Part shown: positions 51,703 to 64,000 of the stretch, one piece after another
Layout of the letters: each line of letters starts with the position of its first letter
Position numbering within the stretch: position 1 is the stretch's first letter
Source: Phoronis australis
Lineage: Eukaryota > Animalia > Phoronida
Direction: 5' to 3'
Length of the DNA stretch: 64,000 bases
Assembly: GCA_002633005.1 (NCBI GenBank)
Contig: NMRA01000002.1
Span: 1,891,023 to 1,955,022, forward strand
Notes under the pieces: generated by a model
Told to the model about the DNA's origin: nothing
The model's input: only the letters and a program-made list of their open reading frames with translations
Database searches by the model: none
Made by a program: the position numbers and the translations under genes

Positions 51703-53313
51703 TTAAGAGACTGAATGGTAACAATCAACTGCTGTTGATACTCTCTTCATAAAACCTTTGGATAGTTCTTGAATTAGCCAGGCACATGTCTACGAAATGA
51801 TGATTGACATTGGACTTGAAGGCAGCCATCAACATGTTGTAGATCTGACTCGCCAATTGAATCAGTAAACTTAAAATTATGGATGAAGGCGTCAACAGAA
51901 AATGAGAATCAATGTCACAGAAACGGCTTCATTCAGAATAATACAAAAGATTAAAATTTTCACTGTACACTCAGTTAACAGGGTCTGTACATCTCACAGA
52001 GATGTCCAACATTACCCAAAAATTGTTAAGACCAAATTTCCAAATTAATCACATACAAAGCCTAATGGCAAGGTGTAGGTAAAACTATCAAAACTTACAC
52101 CAAAGTCCATTAGTTCCCATACTCATACAATTATATGCAAACACCTGGACAAAACAAGGATTTTACCCATAAAATCATATTGAAAAAACATGTAACTATT
52201 TTTATAGTAATCTATTAAAGCACATTTATCATATTATCAAATAGCAAAAATGTTGAAAAACATTGATGATTTTATTGGAAAAAGACAAATCTACTAAATT
52301 CACACCTACGGCAACACACTCCCGAATTTGTTTGGTGTTTTGTCAAACAAATTAAAATACTATTACCATTACCGTAGGACACCTTGCCCGAGGCAATCCG
52401 AGAAAAAAGGGGTGGCATTTTTAACACAACAAACCGTGGTTGCTTAAAAAGCGATTTTTTTTAATTTAGTGCTACGTCGGCATTTAGTTGTACACAGGCA
52501 TTGACCTGAACAGACATGGTAATTCAAATTGAAAGGTCATTAAAATTAACAGGGCGTAATTAAAAATTACCATTTAGGGATATTCAAATTAGCAAGGCAC
52601 CATTATAACATAATTCAAATTAACAGGTCTATAGGCCATCAATAGTCTTGATGACAGACATCAGAGAGAATACAATTTCAACCTTCAAAGCAACCAAAAA
52701 TGCTCAGCACTCCACTAACAGCCGGTAAGAACACCCACAATCTCCACCTGGTGATTCAATCTGGTGCAAGTCTACTCAGACCCCTGGTTACTGTGAATGA
52801 CCCCTACACACAGACCATTACATCATAATAAGCTTTCCAGTGACCATTGGCCAGGTTGAGTAATGCAATACTAGCATTCTATTGTCGCTAAAGAAATGAT
52901 AAGACACAAATAACTCAAGAGCTTGCCTTATCATTAACCCTATCATTCAACATGAAAATTGGAAGTGCAGTACTGATTCTGTGATACCCTAAAATACTTA
53001 TCGTTTAGTGGGCAAATTAAGATTAAAAAGTAGAAAAAGTTTATAAGCACTTCTTGCAATTCTACTAAACGTGACAGTTCACAGTTTCACATCCCTTAAG
53101 TACACAAAATGTGTGATTCGATACCAAGACAAGAGCCAGTAGTCAATAAATGAAGTATGGGTATTATAGTAATCCAAACAATGGAATTAATTTTAAAGCC
53201 CCCACACAGCGCTATTTAGGTTAAGCCGAAATCACAAACTTCAAACAAGAATAAAAAACCAAGTTAACACTAGTGTATCTTCCCCTTAAAACCATCAATG
53301 ACCTCCATTCAGT

Positions 53314-53440
53314 CGATGGTTTTATCAAGCGTAACTACTGTAGTAGAAAAGCTAACTACCATATTAAAAAAAAGAACGATGGTTTTATCAAGCGTAACTA
53401 CTGTAGTAGAAAAGCTAACTACCGTATTAAAAAAAAGAAC
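53314..53440. repeat. 63-bp tandem duplication, 2 copies
   Basis: CGATGGTTTTATCAAGCGTAACTACTGTAGTAGAAAAGCTAACTACC(A/G)TATTAAAAAAAAGAA at 53314 and 53377. Confidence 0.95.
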
Positions 53441-56088
53441 AGAGGATTTCCGGCTCATGAACCAAAAACAATGGTTAAGAAAGATGACGCTGCATGGTGC
53501 TTTGAAGTGTGAAATTACAAAAGAGAATATTTGGCAATCGATATTGATTAACACTCTCTGTGTAGGTGGTAAAGTTTATAGATAGTATTAACCTATTTCC
53601 CTAACTTATTAGTCTAAAAAGAGGCAAAAGAGGCAATTTCACAGACAGATCACAATGACTTCAGTCTGTTAAATGCATACTGCCTCAAAGAAACAAATCT
53701 CCATTATTGCTGCACTATAGAAAGACATGACCTGACTTACTAATGCCATCCTCAACCTTTTCATCCGCATCATCACCTCCAGCAACCTCAATTACAAGTG
53801 GAGCGGCTAATGTCAAATTTCCCGGATACGATACTGTTGAATTTCCCACGTATGCATCTGTAGCCATTGCAAAGAGACTTCCTAGATATCTGAGAATTGT
53901 TGATCTTTGAAAACTATTCCACGCTCAAAAGTGCGAGTTCATTCTTTGCCCAACACCGAGTGAATGAAAGTAATAATGGTTCAGGGATTTAAGTATTCCG
54001 ACAACTGTCACATAAATTGAGACGATAAAAAATGCCCTTATGTCCATATATAGAATATATCAGTCACGCACAGGTAGTTAAACAACCATTAATCTCCTAG
54101 TCTAGCTTCATATAGGTGAATGCTCCAAGTGGCTTAAAGTAGTAGTATAGATTTTTTCCGCGCCACTCCTATTTCCTGTGTCAACTACTGAGCTAATTAC
54201 TATCGCCACACCACACAATCCATTCACGGAAGCAACAGGTAAGTTCTTCATACAAGGAGCGACTTTCCTTGGCAAGGCAATCCAGGTAAATAACACGAAA
54301 GCAACTATAAACTATTTTATGTCAACACAGATAAGAAAAAAATCCAGGACACCAAGCCCATGACACTTCGTCTGGTGGGTAAACAATGAAGTCATAAAAT
54401 AGCAGCCTTGAACCAAACACTCAAGTAAAAGGTGTTTTTGTACATTCACACAGGCTTGGGCAACACAACAAGCCTTCAGAAGTTCAGTGTTGAACACATA
54501 GGCACAGCCTCACAGCAGGATTAGAGGTCACAAAACCAGTTTAGAAATGGGCCTCAATGGAATCACAGCATCAACAGAGCAAATGGGTCAGCCAAAGTTT
54601 GCTAAATGATGGCCGAGTATAAAGATGGGAAAATGAACACGGATAATTTTTCAGATTTTTTTTTCTGCATACGGTAGTAATACCAAGTAAATGCTTCATT
54701 ATTTTTAAAAATCTATGCCAAAGCTACTATCTACCAACAATTCTGAGACACTGTGAGCATTCACAAAGTAAGAACACCATGAAAAGTGAAAAAGCCCACA
54801 TTTGGCAATTGTTTTGTACAAAATTGGCGAGATTTTTTTACTGGGTCTTTATTTGTATAACTTTGGAAACAAATGGCACAAGTCTGCAATAAATCTTTTC
54901 AAAAGTTATAATTTAAAGGTTTAACAACCCATGCTTTCTGTCAATTAAATTGCAGCAAGTTCCCATCAGTGGAAAAGTTTAACTCTACTCCAATGTAACA
55001 CACATATATTCAGTTGACAGTGCTAATCAACAGTGCCATCTGGAGTTTAATCCCTGGAATTGGAGGTAACTCCGATGTTGTAACCGTAGAGGAGTTAGTG
55101 GGAAATGTGAGAGGAGACCTGAATTTCCGAATAAGAAAAGCAGTATCAGACAAAAAACAACAAATGTCATCTCAAGATGTACAGGTTTGCACATAAAGCA
55201 CAATTTGTTAAATTAAAAGCTGTTTTTGTTCAAAATCCACCTGGCCATGGTTGGCTCATTCGGACTGCTTGCATATGACCAAGTTTTGAGAGAAAAACTG
55301 CTGTCTCACAAAACGACAAACTAAGGGAGTGTCAAATTGACAGTACATACCCGACTGACAAATACCAAATACTTGACGACAAAACAATATTTGAGCACCC
55401 ATTGTGAACTTTTTAATCTACTCACGTGATAGGTAAAGATTTTTAACATGGGAGTTTGGGCAGTAGACCCCTGAAGTGACATGGTAGGGAGCGTACTAGT
55501 AAAGATTCAGTACAGCCATAGCTATTGGCAGATTTATGAGACCTGTCAGCTTTTGACCAAATTTTACTAGAGCCACAATTGAAAATTGACCAAGCACATT
55601 CTATGATTCCATTAATTTTTGCCAATTCAAGACATGTTAATTGTCAATTTTGTAGTATAGTCCAGTCCAGTCCAGTACAATTTGGAACTGACATTCCCCT
55701 ATTACCTGACCTGGAATGGTTATGGCCTAAGGATGGATGCCACAAACAGGTTAAATGGTGTGTAACCAAAACATGAACAAAACAGTTCACACAGCCCTGC
55801 TTCTACTATCCACAAAATATTTACCCATTGAGCCTCTACTTGACATGGCTTACTAAATCTAGTTCACCAACTGTACCTGGCATCCTGTGACGATCCAATT
55901 TAAAGGTGTGTTTTTTGACAAACAGGTAAGCCTGATAACAAGCAACTACATGATGTTGACATCTCAGATAAAGAACAGCGGCACGCTGACCTCATAAATG
56001 CTCTAAAGAATTTTCGAGGTTATCATAGCAGACTTAAACACCCATGGCAACTTGAGTTCAGCCAGTGTTCACTATAGATAATAAAAAC

Positions 56089-56563
56089 GCTGTTCCCATT
56101 GCTTCCGAAGCTTCAGTTACTGGTAGCACTTAACTTCGGTCTTTTATCGAAGTTAACAGCGCTACTTAACTCCAAAGTTAAGAGGTGGATTTAACACCGA
56201 AGCGTCGACGTTTCGATATAATGAGAACACTTAACTTCGACACGTGTCACTTCGTTTGCTAACAGTGGTGGTAACTGGATAATATTTGATATTTCGTTCC
56301 AATATTTGTTATTTTGGCAGTATAAGCATTCTGTTTCAATTTGTCCACGTGTTTGCTGGATTCTTTCCTTAAAAAATCTCTGAATGTATGAGAGTGCACC
56401 GTCAATATTTGCAAAAGGTGAAGGTCATATTAGCGCCACCTGGTAATAAATTTGCTGAGCTATAACTCCTAGGCTGATGTGAACACTCACGCTTATCTTC
56501 AAAATTAACCACAGTTAACAACAAAGTTACAATTGTAGTGAAGTAACTGTATGGGAAAGGACC
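56089..56563. mobile_element. Same MITE family as 51208-51702, opposite orientation
   Basis: Ends GCTGTTCCCAT and ATGGGAAAGGACC; repeated TTAACTT; shared central CCAGGT(G/A)GCGCT. Confidence 0.6.
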
Positions 56564-59500
56564 TGAAGTCTGTATGAAATCTCTGAAAAAGTTGACCTAC
56601 AAAATACATACCTAAGTCCAACGAGAGACCACTACTACTCTCATGTGTGCTTTTAACCATCTTCACCTCAATCCAAATAACAACTCCTAGTAAGCTAATA
56701 ACCAGTATTCCAATAAATCATCAAACTGTGACTGATTCGTATGTGCCGGTAGTTAACATTTCGTGTATTTTTATTAATTATCAAAAATTTAATCACCGGT
56801 AGAGCTGAGGGACTCCCCCACATTTTTACACAATGATTAACCGTATGGCTCGACAGGTATGTTATAAAGGTGTGCCAATCTCATTTCGTCAGGTGAAATC
56901 GACAGCTTCCTTCAACCGCTTGACTACCAGATAATTAGGTCATCAATCACGCTTTATGTGGGCAAACTGGCATTTTCCAGAATATTCTTGTAATGTAAAC
57001 ACTTCTTTATGACTTTTTGCTGGAAGGAATTGTGGTAATTATAAAAATTTCAGTCACGATTATACTTCAGTCATCAAATATTTCTTCACTAAAATTATTA
57101 ACAGGCGCACTCAAGCTTGTCACTGTCTCCAATCTGGCTATAACTGAGCTCCAGGCCCCAATATTGTCATATGAGTCTATGATTCCGGTATGCCAAGAAT
57201 GTCTATGGACAACAATAAATCCAGGTGTATTATAATAGTTACACCTGAAGCAGATGGGTGTTAGAGTAGACATGACTAATACATCATTCTTGGTGACAAA
57301 TTGCCACTATACACCCAATTTATTAGTAAATGATATTTGCATTTGATATCTAAAATTTAATGGCTTGACATGTAGGTGTAAGAATTATTTGTGCTCTACT
57401 ACATACCTACGCATATGTCCAAAGGATACAGCAGGTAAAGACAACGATGTCTGAAGTACACACAGCCATGTTAAACTGGACATTTTTTGAGAAATACCCA
57501 TTACACATTCAGGGAACATGTTTTCAGGAATGAAAGGAAATTCTTATTATCGCAAGCATTTCATTAAAATAGTTAGGTTTTTTGGGTTAACATTTGCTAC
57601 ATTGATTTAAACTCAGTTTCTTTGTGTATCACATTTTGATAAGTTTACTACATAGGGATCTCACTTTCATTGAGCTACGCGAGGTAAGATATGATTTTTC
57701 AATCCTCAGACATTCCTTATAGTGTTAACTTTTGGAGAAGTCTGGTCTCGAAACAAAAGAGTTATGGCCAGTAAAATCTGGCCAATTTTGCAAATAAATA
57801 AACTACCACAATTGATTGAACTTTTTTACTTTCCACAGGCTTTGAAAATTGTTGATGATGCCCACAATTACTGAAAACATTTATCTGATGGCAAATATGG
57901 TAAAAAAATTAAACTGACGAAGCATTCATTTGTTGCTACTAATCATTAATGAATCAACTGAACAAATTATATAAAATTTGACTTGTCTGCCACCTTGTGT
58001 CATAAATTGGTGACATTTTACCATAAGGTAACCGGGAGTGGTTGTGAGATCTTGTGTCTTAGCATTGAGATTGTAGGAAACATGAGAAATAACAGGCAAC
58101 AATGAAAGTAATGTACATGGTTGGTTATCAACAACACGAGACACTTGACAACGTCATGGCTGTAACTAGGACACCACCTATGAACAGAAATGAGAATTAA
58201 CTACCACACAACATGCACTGGGAGTCTACACTAAATTTGTCTTCAATGTAAGGAGGACAAATTAATAGCCACATAAACTCCTCTGCACCCCATTTGTTGA
58301 ATTTGAAAGGTTAGCAATCAAAGCAAATTCTAGCTGCTGAAAATCTTTCCAATCCACATTGGAATAATTAGCCTAAAGGAATGGACCTTTATCAGTCTTC
58401 AGCCATTTCTCCAATATCTCAGCTCTTATCTGTTAATGAATATACATATACAGACAGCAAACAGCCTACAGACTATCACCTTGGCTAAACCTCAAGGTCA
58501 ACAAAGCTCTGCCCCCAAGGACAAAACAAACAAACATTGGCCAACAGCAGCCAGGCTTTTCCTTATTGTTATGCCTACTGGTTACATAACATTGCATAAT
58601 GTTACATGTGCCAGGAGTGGGCTTCAACATTCCAGTACACACCTACACACTGCTCTACAAGGCCTACTGTACAACTTTTTCGATTTGGATTGATTAAAAA
58701 ATGAATTTTAATTTTGAAAATTTCTAATTAATTGGATGTTAGGAAAGTTTCATGTAACATTCTGTATTAACAGTTATCAAGGAAGACCATTTTTAACATT
58801 TGTACAGTGAACCTTTGGAAATGGGAAAATTCAATTGCGGCTGTCATTTAGGTGATAACTGAAGAAGCTGTAAACAATCTTCTTTAAACCCAAAGAAATT
58901 GAATTTGGAATTGTGCATTGGACTTACTCAAGAATTTGAAGATTGAGTATCTATCATGTAAACCAAGATGTAATCTCAAAACAGATGTCCCCATCAGTTC
59001 AACTGACAGCAAAGAAGAGAAAATTTCAACAGAAATCCCTTGCCTATTTGATATATGATACACAAAAACTTTACATCCCCCCATAAAAAGATTAACTAGT
59101 CTGTCTGTTATCTTAGAAGTTCTGGTCCAAAGTCCTGTGGGGTGGTCTATTGGTACCTAAGGCTTAGTCCTGGACATACGTCAAAAACATTGATGCCATA
59201 AAAGAACATTTGGCCGTTTACGTTATTTGTGGCAAGGTAAATTCAACCTTTGAAAAACAGAAATACAACAATTATCCTTGTTCAAAATAAGTGAAGAGTT
59301 ACATTAACTATCAGAGCACATAAATCACATAGATCACCCAACTGTGAAGCACAGACACTAGCTCCACATGGTGGTGAATAAAAACACTACAATGAGACAT
59401 GGACAGCAGTCACAGTAACTTCTATGAAGTGCAATACAATTATCCCAGCAGAGACAGTTTAAAGATATATCATTTGTGTTTAGTTCAAGGATGATAGGAA

Positions 59501-61125
59501 CCTAAGACCTGGTGGTTAACAGATGATCAATGAGTTTTTGAGTGGACAGGAACCCCATGCCCTGTTTATTTAAGTTGCAGACAATTATTCAATCAAAACA
59601 TGAAGAATGGACTTTCAATGAGCTTGGTATAAACAAACTTACCAAATGGATAATGCCCTGCCAAATAAAGCACCAACTCACACAGCAGCTTCTAAGAAGA
59701 AATTCAATTCTCTTAAAAATATCTGGGCCCCAGGTCTAATCTCTGCACTAGACCCAAAATTGACCAGTTGCAGGGCATGTTTCAAGTAAACTAATTCACA
59801 AATTTGTACTCGAACCAGGTAGTTTGACGGATTTAATTTCGAATCTGAGAGGAGTGCGAGCTCAGAAATTATATCCCAAACCAAGTTGACTGTTTTGCAT
59901 TGCAAAAAATAAATGCTGCGGGTAAAAGTTCGCATAGAAATAAAATCAACGATTTTCCACTGGATTATCTTGCCAGTACTAATATATAGTCAAAAAAATT
60001 AGCTCAAGAAATACATTGGGTTCAATGACTCACAGCACACATGTTTTGTCCGAAAGTTTCCTTAACCATTAACTTTTGCAAATATTAGAACAGCAATAAG
60101 TTTGACACCTTGAATTTATGAATGATTAAAGACCTACATGAAACCAACACGAAACTGTGTTGTCATTGGCAACAGAGGAAATCGGCAATAGTGTGATAGT
60201 AGGACTAAGCACATGCTTCAGCTTATTGCCATGATAAAACTAAACGTTGTTTGTGATTTTGGAGCAAAAGTCCCATGACTACAACTTATCACACTGAACC
60301 AAGCCAGTTAATTGGCTTGAACTTTACTACTGGCCAAGGTCAGTGAATGGTGAACACACGCACAGAATAACTCAATCAGGCATCTTGGGAGACCAACAGA
60401 AATTTCAAAGCAAACTTAATCAAGAAAAACAAGACTCCCTGTCTGGGTGGTGGGGTAGAGAAAATAAGAAGCATACATAGAGATACAGGCATACGCAAAA
60501 CCCCACATCACCAGAGTGAGCAGTAAGTCTGTTGGATGCTGGTGGTAGTAAAATGTACAACGTGCAGAGCTCCAGAAGTCTGGGGTCTTGCGAAATGCCC
60601 GGTGCACGAGTATCTGTCAGGAAAGAACCGACAGCTGTCTGATTTTTGGACGTCGAGCCTGGTGCAAAGATTCTTTGCATCCACCCTGCAAATTCTGAAC
60701 ACAAAGTTTCGGACAATACAGTCGGCCATTTCACATTCTACAAGGTTTACAATATTGCCTAGTGCAAATGGTTATAAATGACATTTGAAAACCATATACC
60801 ATTCTAGGGATGTAGTTGTTTCAGAGGCAAATCCACAGTTCCAAATTATTATTATTCAAAATTTGTCATTAATACACAACTTGACTTTTCAGTGATACTT
60901 ATTTTCTACAAGAGGGCACTTTGCACTGCTAAAATGTTCATCACTGGATTTTCATCAAGCTGTCATGAATGAATTCAAAAAAATTATGTAGTAAAAAGTC
61001 ATCAATTTTGGGCACAAATGGCAGACAAGTACGTATAATTGTATTTTTCGTTGTTTTCACCGAAGATAAATACTGTAAAACAAAGGCATTTTCAGTATAC
61101 CATAGGTACCATCAGACAATCGATC

Positions 61126-61262
61126 CACTTGATTGACTTTGCCCATTCTGTTGGGTCAACCAACTAAGACATCTGATTGGTTCTTGGTGATGTCCTCTGA
61201 GTTTTAAACCAATCAGATGTCTTACCCATCGACCCAGAACAACCAGTGAAGTTAATCAAGTG
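61126..61262. repeat. Fold-back inverted repeat (small MITE-like hairpin)
   Basis: Inner perfect 18-bp arms TAAGACATCTGATTGGTT / AACCAATCAGATGTCTTA; outer arms CACTTGATTGACTT / AAGTTAATCAAGTG. Confidence 0.8.
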
Positions 61263-64000
61263 CAGTCAATGATTGGTGAAACTAGGCAATGTTAGAGGCC
61301 TTTGAAAAGTGAAAAATGGAAATTTTGGCGATTAATTCTTGTCCGAAATTGCTGAGATTTTATAGCATCTGTAATGATTTTATGAACTGCAAGGAGATTG
61401 CACTCTGATGATGGAGAGACTCAGAGTCCCCCTATAAACATTCCCGGACTTGACACCTGTAGTCTACTCTTGCTCACAAAATTTGTCTAGATCCAGCTTT
61501 TAATTTAACTACTGGTTATCGAACGTCTAGAACCAATTCAATGTATGTACTGCAAAATACATGTGGTACCCACAGTTTGATAATCAGAGAAGTTATTGAA
61601 GTCAGACAAAATAAGCAACAATATAATCTAATGAAAATTGATAAACTATTTTGCCATATTGTTCTGATTGAAACAAAGCAGATGACATTCCAGAGTGATA
61701 GGATTGGACTCATCGTTTTTTTTGTAGCCTTCACGAACTCCACACCATGTGTATCCATTATAGGTGACCTTTAATTATTGTTCGCAGGAAAATTATTTAC
61801 CCAATTTATGATGCACAGATGATTAATAACATTTACAGAACACACAACCTTGTGGCTCAGGGAACACAGTAGTGTTTACACAACTTTATCCAGGCATGGC
61901 TGAACAGGGTAAAAATTGGGAATTCCAACCACATCATAGAGTGGTTAATAGGCTGCAACAGGAGTGGAGAGTTCATTAGCTTAATTCCATAGGATTAATA
62001 TCGGGTATACAAAACACTCTACGGAATATTTTATGGTAACCTTAGCTGCCCCAGTCTAGCACCAGTCTTTTGCTAGGTGACAGTTGCTAAGCAGATTAAA
62101 AGCAACATGCACCTGATGGCCTCAAAATATTCCAGTAACTGTCAATTTGCAAATTTTGTCTTAATCTTATAAATTTCTATACACAACTTTCATTCCTCTG
62201 TGTCCCCAAAGGTCTCAGTCATACCAGTCCACGGTACAAGATAGTGGTGAAACTCAGTTGGTAGTCAATCCACTAGAAGACTGCAAGTAAAACTAGTGTG
62301 ATTATACCTGTTTTGCTTGTATTGTGTGGAAATATCTCGCCAAAATTATGCCTTATCTTGCATTTTCGTGAATATAACGTGTCTACCGAACAAGCACCAG
62401 GTCTAAAAGTTTGAACACACTGAGTCGGTTGGTTGAGGTTTCATGAATATGCCCAGTGTAAATCCAGCCTGCAATACATTAATAGCACCTTAAGTCTTCA
62501 GCTATTTAGCACATGGCCGGCCGACAAGCGAGAATCTATTTAGTTAAAATTCCCCAAAAAGTAAAATCAAGAATCCATTACAAGCATGGGTGGAAGTGTG
62601 CACATGTCACAAAATAACATTTACCTCAAGCTCTCGTTATTTGCAAAAAGATAATCAGCCTTTGAAAAAATGGGAAAATGCACATTTTGGCGATTACTTT
62701 TTGTGTTAAATATAGAATAATAGTAAAACACTGTTATACTCAAAGACCCCAGGTGCACTGCTGGATCTAGGATCTAGGGTCAGGAGGGAGGTGTGAGTCT
62801 GACTACAAAGATGAGTGTGAAACTTTGAAAACAGTGCGGTTAGCTTCTTCCTAAATATACCCATGAGCTGCACCCTGCAGACAGCTAAATCAATGACCAG
62901 TAACCTTGCCCCAGTAATTAGTAGGTTGACCACTGCTCAATCAAGCCACACAGCCAAAGACATTAAAATGAACCCATCAACCGTCTGACTTAGTTTAACC
63001 TTGGTGCAAAGTGGAAAACAACCAACTACACGAAAGTGGTGTGGTATTCTCATCAAACATCGTTATTAGGCTATTATCGGGTATCTCACATGCACCATGA
63101 CTGAACCATGGGCATGGTGGCAGAGAAAAAAGAGGCAGTGAGTAGGTCTATAATTGACCAAGGCACTCGCCCCACCCACAGGTCTCTAAATAGATGACAA
63201 CAATCACTAATGGCAAATTAACAGGTTATTTTCTTATCAAATTTCACTATTTTTAAACTTGTTTTAAAAACTGGTGACTGGGGCACATACAAATCAATGG
63301 CACGAGGCGATACTTCTCAGAAATATCCTAACTTGGCACCGGTGAGCACACTAACAGAAAATGGTGCAACACTTTCAAAACAAAAATCTTTGCTCATGAA
63401 CAGTCATTCATGACACATTTATTTTACACAAATCAGGAAACTGTCTAATTTGTCATATCTAAGTATCCCACATTTAGTAAACAGGAAATTGGCACATGAA
63501 TCAAAATTACTAATCGTGAACAAAATGACCTACTTTTTAGTTAACAACAATGACAATGCGATTCCGTGTCATATTTGTTCCTTACGTTACAAGTAAACAC
63601 ACAAAGAAATTGTTCAATTGGTAATGTCTATAACTTGATTCTGAGATATCTTTATGTAATGCTGAACATACCACCGACTCCTCTTCTTGAGTTAAACAAT
63701 AGGGAATGTTATTGTATTATTGCGCCTGTCTATAATTTGACAGACAGTGGAATCAATAAACAATTAAAAATAAAAACTGTTTGGTCATGACAAATTTTCA
63801 ATGAACAATAATTTAGACCTTGCCTTTTTATAAGAGAACTTACTCAGACACAGGGCACAATTTATAATGTGGTTATTTTTAAGCAAACAAATCAATGCCT
63901 ACTGATGCCCGAGGAATGTGAATTGATTGTTTCAAAACACCAAGCCATGTAGATATTGATCGAGTCGGTACCTCAGATCCTTCCTAAGCACACTCAGTTT

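Noticed and set aside
56612-56686. 75-nt open segment on - ending AG|gtatgt as an upstream NRG exon
   Set aside because: Weak acceptor with no pyrimidine tract and a peptide with no recognisable similarity.

Overview
AT-rich, intron-rich animal genomic DNA; the gene content suggests a marine invertebrate deuterostome, but that is inference. Two convergent spliced genes were rebuilt by hand from splice sites and reading phases. (1) A complete RINT1 gene on + (14 coding exons, 5376-20093, 2364 nt = 787 aa + stop) that contains a clear U12-type (minor spliceosome) intron at 9225-10209 and a degenerate partial copy of exon 12. (2) A 5'-incomplete neuregulin-like gene on - (Ig - Thr-rich linker - EGF - TM - cytoplasmic tail, 32697 to at least 50674) with two mutually exclusive exons for the C-terminal half of the EGF domain, the alpha/beta design known from vertebrate NRG1/NRG2, plus extra candidate acceptors that would give truncated or alternatively anchored isoforms. 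Three apparent tandem duplications, each joined at a single N (3885, 24175, 27054), are most likely uncollapsed alleles. The rest is intron and intergenic DNA with MITEs, short tandem repeats and CTCF-like motifs. Most ORFs in the supplied track are spurious or are exons reading through into introns.
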